64,000 nucleotides of DNA, from contig BCGN01000001.1 of NCBI GenBank assembly GCA_001599295.1, forward strand, positions 1,674,001 to 1,738,000. Reading direction: 5' to 3'. The stretch is from Sporopachydermia quercuum. Its lineage: Eukaryota. The translations under genes were made by a program, and so were the position numbers. Below the pieces are notes generated by a model. The model searched no databases. It was not told where the DNA came from and saw only the letters and a program-made list of their open reading frames with translations. Each line of letters opens with the position of its first letter. The stretch's first letter is position 1. Shown piece after piece: positions 26,038 through 37,132 of the stretch.

Positions 26038-27207
26038 ATGACAAACGACACTAATTCTTATCATCCAGAAACAATTCTCATTCACGGGGACGATGAACTT
26101 TCCAGGGTAACTGATATCACAACGCCAATCAATGTTTCAACCACCTTTTCTTATCCTAAGGATCCTGAAGAACTTCGCACTAGCAGAGAAAAGAAAGCCG
26201 CCAACGTTGGATACCTTGTCAAAGGCCAACCAATTTACTCAAGATTGACTCACCCTAATTCCGAGAGAGTCGAAGAAGTAATCTCTGAACTTGTCGGTGC
26301 TCATGCTGTTGTGTATAACTCAGGTTTAAGTGCTTTTTATGCTGCTCTTACTCTTTTGAATCCGAAAACTTTGGTTATGGACAAAGGATATCACGGCTGT
26401 CATGGTATTGCTGATATTTGGACTAGAAATTATGGATTGAAGAAAGTGGCATTAGAGTCATTCAAAGAGGATGATATTTTAGAAGGTGATCTCATTCACC
26501 TTGAAACTCCGCTCAATCCCACAGGTTATTGTATAGATATCAAGAAGTATGCTGATATTGCTCATGCTAAAGGGGCCAAAATTATGGTCGATGCTACCTT
26601 TGCTCCTCCTCCTTTGCAAGATCCCTTTGAGTTTGATGTAGATCTTATTATGCATTCTGCTACTAAATACTTTGGAGGCCATGCCGATTTACTGGCAGGG
26701 CTATTGATCACCAAAGATCCTAAAGTAAAGGAACAACTTATTAATGATAGGTTATTACTTGGAACCAATATTGGCAATCTTGAGGCTTACTTGCTATTAA
26801 GATCTTTGCGTTCTTTCAATATTCGTATCAACGCTCAGTCGTCAAGTGCAGAAAAGGTAGTTAATTTCCTTATTGACAACCAGGATAAATTAAAATCTTT
26901 GGACAAAATCCACCACTCGTTGCTTCAAAAAGATGAACCCTTTGTTAAAGCTCAATTGAAAGGTGGACACACTCCTGTTTTCTCTTTGGAATTGAAAAAC
27001 AGAGAACAAGCTAGATATTTACCTTCCAAGCTCAAGTTATTCCACCATGCTACCAGTTTAGGTGGTGCTGAATCTCTTATTGAATGGAGAGCTATGTCAG
27101 ANCCTAATATTTCTGAAACACTTTTGCGATTCTCTATTGGTCTAGAAAACACTGAAGATTTGATCAATGATCTTGAGCAAGGTTTGAAGGCGGTTGAAAA
27201 GTATTGA
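26038..27207 (+). CDS. Cys/Met metabolism PLP-dependent enzyme (YHR112C-like cystathionine lyase/synthase family)
   Basis: 389 aa; PINVSTTF, YSRLTHPN, LETPLNP, VDATFAPP, PLP lysine motif HSATKYFGGH, ATSLGGAESLIEWR; divergent from APE4 as YHR112C is in S. cerevisiae. Confidence 0.9.
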   Translation: MTNDTNSYHPETILIHGDDELSRVTDITTPINVSTTFSYPKDPEELRTSREKKAANVGYLVKGQPIYSRLTHPNSERVEEVISELVGAHAVVYNSGLSAFYAALTLLNPKTLVMDKGYHGCHGIADIWTRNYGLKKVALESFKEDDILEGDLIHLETPLNPTGYCIDIKKYADIAHAKGAKIMVDATFAPPPLQDPFEFDVDLIMHSATKYFGGHADLLAGLLITKDPKVKEQLINDRLLLGTNIGNLEAYLLLRSLRSFNIRINAQSSSAEKVVNFLIDNQDKLKSLDKIHHSLLQKDEPFVKAQLKGGHTPVFSLELKNREQARYLPSKLKLFHHATSLGGAESLIEWRAMSXPNISETLLRFSIGLENTEDLINDLEQGLKAVEKY

Positions 27208-27706
27208 GTGTTTCAACTAATAGCAGCTATATATGAGACTTGTTAAAGCTTATGAAACGATTGAATGAATAAATATATAACCATTACCATCGTATAATCT
27301 ATTATTCGACTCTTATTTCTCGTTTTCTTATATTACCTACATACTAGAAGATGTAGAAATGATATGTAATAAGTATGCAATATATTATTCCAATATAGTT
27401 AGGAGGATCTATACTACCTATTTAGGTATGACGCCTAACACTAAATACTTGCTATCAATAAACTTCACAATCTCTAAAAGGTTATATCACTATGAAATAG
27501 TTCACAACAATTGACATCTTTATTGATGCGAGACCTCAAATAATGACGATTATCAATTATTGCAATTAATCCTGCTTTTTATAGTTATCTGTTTTTTTGT
27601 AAAACTTCATTTGTTTTCCACTTAGCTAACGTTCTTCACTGTTGAGTCTTGCTATAGCGTATCACCACAAGAACCTAATGAAAATACTGCATCGCGTATA
27701 TTCCAA

Positions 27707-29858
27707 ATGTCGCGACGTTCCACACGATTAAGAGGAAAATCTCAAGTAAACTATAGTAAATTAGGAGAAGATGAATGGAGCGAATTTGATGATTTAGAGA
27801 CCGTTTTAGGTCTGGACAAGCGTGCATCGAATCGAGGAAACGAAGAAGATTCAGACGATGAAGTAATAATTGAGGATATACAATCAGATCCAGCGGATGA
27901 TGAGATAATAGAAGAGGAACCAATTGATACTGACAATGAAATTTTAGACAGCAGAGCTAGTAAAAGTCGATCGAAATCGATTGATGGTAAAGGTAAAAGG
28001 AAAAAGGGGAAATCGTCAACCATAACAAAAAAAGAGCTAATTGCAGGCTCAGGTAGCAGCAGCTTACCTTTGTTTGAGCTATTACTGAAAATGAAGTTCT
28101 GTTCATTCAAAACACGAAGATTGGATGGAAAGCTGGCTAAATTTTTTGGAACAAGCTCAAGAATACAAGAAGGTGAAGCTTTAGTCAATTATTGGATGGA
28201 AGACCCTTTTCTTCCCAATGAGACAAAATTTTTTGACTATACGGCAAATCTTATCAATCATTCACTATGGCCTGAATTCGAGAATAAGATTGTTGATAGT
28301 ATATATGAAGAGATAAAAGAAAGGTATGTTGAGGAATTATGTTTTTAATCTGGTGCATGTTTTGGTACTGGGATTATATTATACTAATATGTTAACAGTG
28401 AATATACTGCATTAATGTCACCCAACATATCAGCTAGGATGTTTATTAATCAAGAAGTCCAACCACGAATTTTACGTCTTCACGTCAAAGAATCAATAAA
28501 TGATCAAAGAATGATGATATTTAACGGCAATACTACTACGGAGCTTTCGTGGGTACCTGGAATAGAAGATAGATCTATCCAAATATTAGCGGTAGCTACA
28601 TCATCCAAAGATCAAATAGAAACAAATTTTAACAAGCAAGGCTTATCAGTATACTCAACAACATCAACAGGATACTCAGCTCTATGTTTATACAAGGTTA
28701 ATACTAGCAGTACTAATATGATTCTCTTCCAAAGTATTATCATAGAAGGTGGTCCTCTTTCTAGTCTGTCGTGGAACCCAATGAAATGTTCAACTACCGA
28801 TTTGTTGGGTATTCTGGGTGTTCTAACCCATTCAGGATCAATAAAAATAATAAAGCTGAAGAAAAATGGCTTTAAATACTCAAAGATAAAACAAAGCTTT
28901 GAATTATCTTTTCCTACTAGGAAAATAACTGCGTTCGCTTGGAAATCTGAAACACGGATTGTGATAGGTTTGGACTGCGGGAGTATTGCAGAATATGATT
29001 TTTTGAATTACAGCTTAGTTAATCCACTTTATACTTATCCGATTCATGTATCAGGAATTAGTCAAATTGTATCTTGCTTTCCAAGGTTGAATGATATTAT
29101 ACTTACAATAGGATTTGATTTTAAGTCAATACTAGTTGACTTATCGTCATTCCCTTTGAAACACTCTCTTTTGAAGAATAGATCCTTTACATATGCTGAA
29201 TTCTCACCGATAATTGAAGGAATAGTTGGTTCAACCAGATACAGTGGTTGTAGAATATTATCACCTAGATGGATGGATAGTAGTACAGTCCTTACTATGA
29301 CCCCAGGCACAGTGACAACAGTTTCACTGTCACCAATTCACCCATTTGTTGTTTCGGGAGGATCTGACGGTGGATTAATTATAACCAACATATTTACTTC
29401 TTTATTTGGAACTTCTCAAAAAGTCGATATGGTAAGTTTGATAGATATTTGGAAATAACTGATTTCTGAGGTAAGAATCATTAAATACCTTGACAGAATT
29501 ATTAACAGAACAACTCATATTTAGACAAACCAACAATTGATTCTATGGAGATTAGAATATAGTAGAAAAGAAGATGCCTATAAAATGTCGGACATTTTAA
29601 TCCATCAGGTACGTTAATCACAATGTGCTTTAGTCACTACACCACTCTAAGACCATATATCTATCGCTAATCCAGTATTCTTTTCCTAACTTGATAACTA
29701 ATAATTTACAGGTGATCAATGAATATGGTGCTCCTACACCTACTTATCCCCCACAAATCAGTATTGTTTCTTCCAGCTGGAATCCTAATATTAGCTCTGG
29801 TTCATGGCTGGCAACAGCTACAAAGGAGGGCTTGATCTGTGTTGAATCCATTAGTTGA
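27707..29858 (+). CDS. TFC6: TFIIIC tau91 subunit (WD40), Tfc6-like; exons 27707-28323, 28399-29431, 29525-29608, 29712-29858
   Basis: Acidic/basic N-terminus followed by WD40 repeats (SLSPIHPFVVSGGSDG; LWRLEYS; SWNPN...SWLATATKEGLICVE); three introns (GTATGT, GTAAGT, GTACGT donors) join the ORF fragments in frame; lies near ESC2 and ESF1. Confidence 0.75.
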
Positions 29859-29874
29859 TTGGTTTCATAATTAA

Positions 29875-31325
29875 TTAGTACCTGGGGAACTTCTGGTCTA
29901 TTTTTATACTCCATTGATTTAATCCTCCAATGATATCTCTAGAGACCAAATCCCTCTTCTTCAGCTCTTCCACAGCGTTTTGAGAATCATTGCCATATCG
30001 ACAAACCAGAAGAATCTCCTTTTCAGAATTGCTTTTAAGCTTTTCTACCAGTTTCTGGTAATCAGCCGTATTTCTTTCAATATCAGTTATTGGAATATCT
30101 ATTTTCGTTTGTTAGTAATAAAGTACAGAGAGAAGAGATCTCACTACTTTCCATCCAACTAGTTTTTACTACGTGGAACAAACTTGCGATACTACTTACT
30201 TATTGACTCTGATAAAGAGCAAATGTCAAACTGCTCCTTTGGTCTACAATCCAGCAGAACATAATCATTTGGATTCTGATTCCTCATAACACTTAATTGT
30301 TCTACAGTGATTCGTTCCTCTGAAGATAGAAGGACCTGGTCAGGTTTACCACAGAACACTGAATAATCAAACTCGCCTTTCTGCACTATTGATGCAAACT
30401 CACTGTTTTCAATTTCACAGTTTGATTTCTTACCTCTCATTCTCATTTTACGGAAAAGCTTCCCGTCTAATGCTGAGAATAAAAGTATGAATGGCTCAAA
30501 ATTATTCTCATAATGCCCAATAAGTAGCTTGATAGTTTCCAAAGACATCAGTACACCCATTATACCAATAACAGGACCAAGGATGCCAGAATCTCTGCAA
30601 GACGACACAGAATTAGCAGGGGGTGGGTTAGGATAGAAACATCTATAACAAGGTCCTTCTCCTGGTGGATAATTTAGAATAGTTAACTGACCATCAAGTT
30701 TAACACCGGAAGCCGAAACCAAAGGTTTACCTGCTAACACACAGTTGTCAGATATCAAGTACCGTGTCATTGGGGTATCTGTACAATCAAGCACTATATC
30801 ATATTGTGATATTATTGATAATGCATTAGATACGTCTAACATTATGTCATGAGTAACACAGTCAACATTAGGATTAAGCTTTTTCAGGAAAGCAATAGCA
30901 GAATGAGATTTCAATTCACCAACTGTTTCTGTACTATGTAGTATTTGACGATGTAAGTTAGATACATCTACTGTATCACTATCGACGATACCTAATCTTC
31001 CAATACCTGATCCTGCTAAGTATGCTAAGGCTGGACAGCCAAGTCCACCTGTGCCTACTACTAACACTTTTGAAGTTTTCAGTCGAAGTTGACCTATGAA
31101 CAAAGAACCAATGCAAGTTAGTACTTGGTGATTCAAAAATTAATATCTAACAATAGATGAAACAGCGAAACAGCGCATACCTTTCAGTCCTACTTGAGGG
31201 ATGATTATCTGTCTTCCATATCGAATATATTCGTCAAGATCAAGCCTAGTATTTGATTTTAAGATCTCATTTTCTGTCTGAAGTCTTGCTATCTCCTTCC
31301 GTAGTTTCTCAACTTCGTCATCCAT
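29875..31325 (-). CDS. UBA4: Urm1-activating adenylyltransferase/sulfurtransferase; exons 31325-31181, 31093-30200, 30098-29875
   Basis: RYGRQ, GTGGLG, SNLHRQ, DCTD, PCYRC MoeB/E1 domain; spliced C-terminal rhodanese domain with CRYGNDS and DIIGGL...FPRY*. Confidence 0.94.
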
Positions 31326-31945
31326 TATTATTAAATAACAGAACCAATGAAAAATAGAGAAACTTGTTGAGTAAACAACAGGTACCCACTTCACTTCAAC
31401 TTCATAAATAATTTCAACAAATATAAGTAATAATCCTTTGTTTTTAATTTATAAATAAATCAATCACGACTCCAATGAGAAATTAATATCTCAGTCCTAG
31501 TATATTACACTCAAGATACCTCGTTCATCTATCTACCTAATAATTCATTATCTTTTTTGTTATTTCGTTCTTCTTTATGAAGAAAATTCAGTTTAAGAGT
31601 CAGAGAATCACATGCAGGTTTTTCTTCACCTAACTAGTATACTGTCGATAACACGACGTCTCCTTTCAAGTTTCCGATAAAGAAAGATTAAGTAATCATG
31701 ATAGTTGAGAGGTCGGTAAGTATCTCAGATTTAATTTTATCTCTATGTTTGTGTGAAAGTAATAATTGTATGTTGGCAAATAGGGCAAGATAAGCTGAAT
31801 CACATCTAGTTCCTCTTTTCATTATAGACGAATAGGAAAGGTTTATGAGGATTTATTGTGGAAACTTGGGCTTTATATTGGATGGAATTAAGATTTAGAT
31901 TTTGAACGTATAAAGTAAAGAATAGTAAACAATGAATTGTTTATA

Positions 31946-33279
31946 ATGTCCGATAACGATGAATTTGATTCTGAGAGTTCGGATGAGAATGATCTAGACC
32001 TTTTTACTTTCTCAAGCATATCCAATGTTTCTGATGCTCGGATAAGAAAGTTAGCAGAAGAAACAAAGTAAGTTAGGATTTTGAGATAGAAACAATTTGA
32101 GTATTCGTTGGGTTGAACAACAGTTCTTAACACATATTTAATAGGGAGGTTGATACTGCAATTGATTCCCCATTAAGCTTAGAAACTCTGAGGCCTAAGA
32201 AAAAAAGAAGAGCCATAAAGAAGGGAACCAGAGGAAAGGTTGCACTGAGAGCGAGCTCAAGAGATGAAAGTGATTACACTAGCGAAGAAGACAGTGATAT
32301 TACAGAAATTGCTGAAGGGGACCTGAACTCAAAGTCAATATCAAATGAACGTTTCACTCGCAGCAAAAGTATAGAGAAAACTGCTAGCGACATTATTTCT
32401 ATACCTTCGGATGATGCAATATTTGATGACGAGAATGTGGCAATAGAAAGTGAAGCTTCCCGAAAGAATGAAATTAGGCGACGTGTCTCTGCTATAGTAA
32501 AACAAAAAGTCTATGAAACCACAAATCGGAATGTACCTGTTGTAATGCCGCATGTTGCAGATCAAGAGGATGAACATAAGGGAGAATTTGGAGATGAACA
32601 TAAAATAAATGTTACTGTTGAATGCCGCATTCCTGGACCGAAGAACGTATCGTTAACAGGAAAGTATACATTAGGAAGTCATGATAAAGTAGAAAAGTTA
32701 TACTCATTATGGGTAAATCAGTTTTCACCAGTAATATCACAATTTCCCGGCTATTATCATAAACTGTTTGGGAGAGAAAAACTAGTATTTCGCTATCGCA
32801 CAGCTAGAGTTTTCAACTCAACTACTCTCAAAAGTGTTTTAGGGGATAATTTTGAATTCACTGACAATGTGGTATTTGAGATTCTCACTGATAAGCAGTA
32901 TCAATTACAAGAATGGGAAGCTAGACAGGCGGAAAATCAACTTCTTGCTAATGATGGTGGTGATATATATGATAGAAACCTTTATCTCGAATCAGATAAT
33001 GATGAAGAAACAAAAGACGCACAAATTAAAATAAATAACAACGAAGATCAAGATTACTTCCCTGTGAAACTAAAAGATAAAGCCAACAATACATTAATAG
33101 TACATGTAGCTGGATCGACAAAATTGATGAAACTGGCTGAGCATTACCGGTCTCAAAAGAATGTCCCTGGTGATCAAACTGTGAATCTATTATTTGACGA
33201 TGAAGTACTTGATTTAAATGAAACTGTACAAACCACTGAATTGGAAGAAGGATTTATTATTGATGTTGTCGTCAAATAG
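31946..33279 (+). CDS. ESC2: Esc2/Rad60-like SUMO-like-domain protein; exons 31946-32067 and 32145-33279
   Basis: Acidic N-terminus with DLFTF; intron 32068-32144 (GTAAGT...TAG) in frame; C-terminal SUMO-like domain (LLFDDEVLDLNETVQTTELEEGFIIDVVV) preceded by RVFNSTTLKS. Confidence 0.8.
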
Positions 33280-33974
33280 CATTATTGAGTATATCTTAAC
33301 TATCGTCAGATCACCATCAACTTGAATATTTGCATCTCATGCATGTATTATCAGTACGATCTCCTGTTTCAACTTGAAAAGATTAATCAGTAAAAGGCTA
33401 TGTTGATTATCTTCTCTAAAGTAAATATCCTGTATAATATTCTATTTGTATTATAATAATAATTATAATAATTATTTGTTTTCAGACGCGTATTTTCTAT
33501 CTATCTTGCAGTTAGGTATTGACGATTCCGTTTCATTAATGTTGATTCCGTAGAACCTCACGTGTTTTGGACATGATAGAAAAAAAGATGTTAGGATATC
33601 TCTATTTTGAGTATGCAATCTATTTATAAGCATAATTCAATAAGTTTCTTGTCATCAAACAAAATTAATATTCAATTAGCTATTTGCCATATAATAAACA
33701 GAACAATGAACGATAACTGAATATTCAGAATTTACTTGGGAGTGCTGTTAGAAGTGAGATTTCATTGTTCATAAGAATAACAGTCTTAACAGTGAGTGAT
33801 ACATACAATAGGACAGATCGTACTTCTGCTTCCATTGAAAGGAGGAACTCTTTTTCTCATTGAGCCGCAGAGCATTGGTATTCAATTGATTTTTCTAATC
33901 AATGACGATATACTGTCAGTGAAAGTGTAGATGGTTTTTTCGAAAGTAGTAACACTTATATCAGAACTGTCACA

Positions 33975-34999
33975 ATGAAATCCGTCATTTCCATATTGTT
34001 ATTGCTCTTGGAGCTGTCAATTGCAGCACCAGCTTTGCTGTACTCCCAAAGATTGTAAGTATACAATTGAGATGTGCGATATAGGTTGCTGCGAATGATG
34101 ATGATGAATTTTCTACTAAAGATTAATATTGTTATTTGTTCCTCCAGGAAAAATACTAACATCAGGCAATCAGAATTGAAGGTGTACTAGATAGCGTACC
34201 TAATAAAGATGACACTGTAGGAGCAGATTCATTTAAACAATTTGCTCAAAATTTCATTACTCCTTGCACATCCGACGCTTATTTTATAGTGAATCTACCA
34301 GGATTACGAATGGAGGATTTGAGTGAACGACAAAGTTTTTCTACCATTTGGACATTTATGAATAGAGCTGTAACAGTTGCTACTTTTCCTTCAGTTGAGC
34401 TAGATAAGAATGGGTTCAAAGAACTGATAGAGTACGTTGAAGATACATGTCGAGCGAAACGTCTCACTTATATAAGTGGTGAAGCAGAAATAGAAAATTA
34501 TATTGATACTCAGAAAAGGGTCATATATATGGAACTCGAAGCATTAGAAGACGATATGTCCGAGGAGGAGAGAAGAAAAGTTCTACAACGTAATGACTGG
34601 ATAATGCTTAGAGTGTTTCAAAAAACACCGACTCCTTATCATACAGTGATCTTTACATCAACGAATCCTAGTATAGAGGATGATATTCAAAGAGGGATAA
34701 AACTAGGTGGTTCTGTTTTTCCTGAAGTTGAATATGCTGCTAANCAGAAGGCAGAATATGAAATAGAGAAGCAACAGAATATAGAAAACGAAAAAGAACG
34801 GAGAAGAAAACAGTCATTAGTTCAGCATTTTCCAGAAGGTGTCGAGAAGGTAAATGAAGAAAACGAGGATTATAGCAACTTGTTCCTATTTAGCGAAGAG
34901 AAGTATGAAATAATCAAAGAGAAGCTGATGTTATACGGAACGAATATTGTTTTGGCGTATTTGGCTTTTAAATTACTTAAATCTTATTACTGGGGATGA
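33975..34999 (+). CDS. BIG1: ER membrane protein Big1 (beta-1,6-glucan synthesis); exons 33975-34054 and 34174-34999
   Basis: Signal peptide MKSVISILLLLLELSIAAPALLYSQRL; intron 34055-34173 (GTAAGT...TACTAAC...CAG); CTSDAYFIVNLPGLRMEDL and PTPYHTVIFTS motifs; C-terminal hydrophobic segment. Confidence 0.78.
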
Positions 35000-37132
35000 T
35001 TTAAATGTTTGGAAAAGAGGTATCAACATTTGCATGCATTTCATGATATTTTTATTTCCATGAGTACCAGATTGACTGAATGAGTTAAATAGTTCGACTG
35101 CTAATTTCTTTCTCTTTGAATGTCAAGCAAACTTAGTAACACTACGAAGCAGGATGTGTTGTTATTGTTCTGAAATGCCACGACACTTATAAACATAAAA
35201 CAATATTTGATATACAGTATCCCACTTAGTTTGTGTGCGATTGTTTCCATAGCATATGAACCTAACCAAACAATGTCTATCTACAGAGAGTGTATTATCA
35301 TTAAAATTATTACAGAACAACAGGAATCCAACCAGATTCTCTCTAGTATATGAGGTTATTTCATCATCAAGCCAGCAAATTCTATTGGAATTATTCACCC
35401 AAGGTACATATTTATTATTTACCACATTTATTGATCATTTCAAGAATCAAGTCTACCAAAATTATAGTTAATTCATCTTTCCAACGGTTTTACCCAATTG
35501 GATATTTTTATGCCTGCAACTACTAGCATATTGCTACATGTGAAAACTTTATTAAAAGGATTTTACATGAACTGTCAAACTAAGCCTCTATACAGTCATT
35601 CATTCTACAAAACAATTCTTTCACTTGATATACACCTATTAATTATCAAGTTTAACAAATAGATAATTTATTTGATGATGTAGGGTTGATTGATATTATC
35701 CTTGACATAGTTTTCGGCAGCTGCCCATAATAACCCCTTTTGAAATAGAGAACGGACGCCAACATCTTTTAAAGTCGAACATACTCCAACGCTTTTAATG
35801 CTTCTCACTTATCTCTCTTTCAACGGTCAATCTCATCAAGCTCAGATCTCAAAAATAAATCCCTAAATTTCGGCAAGCCAATGCCAAAAAAAGCCTTTTT
35901 GCTTCGATCAGAAGGAAATTAACTTTTTCTTATTGTACGGAAAAGACAAGTTGCAACGGTTTTTGTGTAGGAGTTTAAGTAAGAAACTAAATACTCACTC
36001 CTTCATTATGATATACTTACCGGCTTAGACTATCGGTTAAGATAACAGCCTGGATGTTCAGAGTCCATTTACTAACTGGCAGGCAAAGAGAAACCATTAG
36101 AACTTTCCCAATCACGTTTCATAATAGTTGATTTAATTATCATTATAGTGATCATCATTAATATATCTTATTAGAGTAACTAATTTCAATTTACCCTATT
36201 CGATCAATGATGGTTCTCTCTTCCTCCAGAATATAATCTTGCTATTCACTCTCATGAACCAGTACAGTATACTTACTCTTTAGCTCCTTCTTTACCTATC
36301 CATTGTTTATGCTTTTATAAGGTTAATCAGACTTTTATAATTTTTCCTCTACCAGCCAAATCGTTTTAGATTTAATTGATCTTCTTTCAATTATTTCTGA
36401 ATCCACAACTGCACCTTTCCTCTAATCTTCATATTTCTTTTACTTCTTTCTTTCTAAGCGACTGAAAAGCACCCTTTACAGCTTCTCAACAGTATAATCT
36501 GCCATTCTTTCTGTACATTTCTATACGGATAAATCCTCAACGTCTGTAACTTTATTTACCAAATTGAAGAGACGTTACACAGTAACAGAACGTTAACCTT
36601 ATTTGTTTCCCGATCAAGCTTATGCTTGCTGGCCCCATTCTCCCAATCTTTGAACCACTTCAGCCTCCTCAACCACTGAAGAAAGCGAAGAATTTGACAT
36701 AAGTTTTAACAATGCAGTTAGAAGTTGATACTTTAGTTTACCAGCTGTTCATCGGTAATATTGAAACTGTTATTATCGTATCAAGTTGATTTATGTTATT
36801 CAGTCAGCTATAGTTATAAACCAAAACAACTATTAATAGGTGTTTATGGTTGGCCGATTACTTGTTTGATTGTTTATTGACAGGCGAATAGTTGAACGAT
36901 TGATTGTCATTAATGATCTCTTTTCTTTAACTCATTCAATTATTATAATAATATTAAGGAAGAGCAAAAACTTAGAATCTCCAACGGCAACTGCACAACT
37001 AATAAATTACTGAGGATATAAACTAGGTCATATCAACATCATACCACTATACACCATAATACTGGATTGCAACAAAATTCAATCCAAGAATCAGTATCAA
37101 TAGCATACCATACCCTATAAAAATAACTCATA

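Noticed and set aside
27300..27706. Search for an ETC6-like autoregulatory B-box in the TFC6 promoter
   Set aside because: The best match, ATTCGACTC near 27304, lacks the conserved G; too weak to call.
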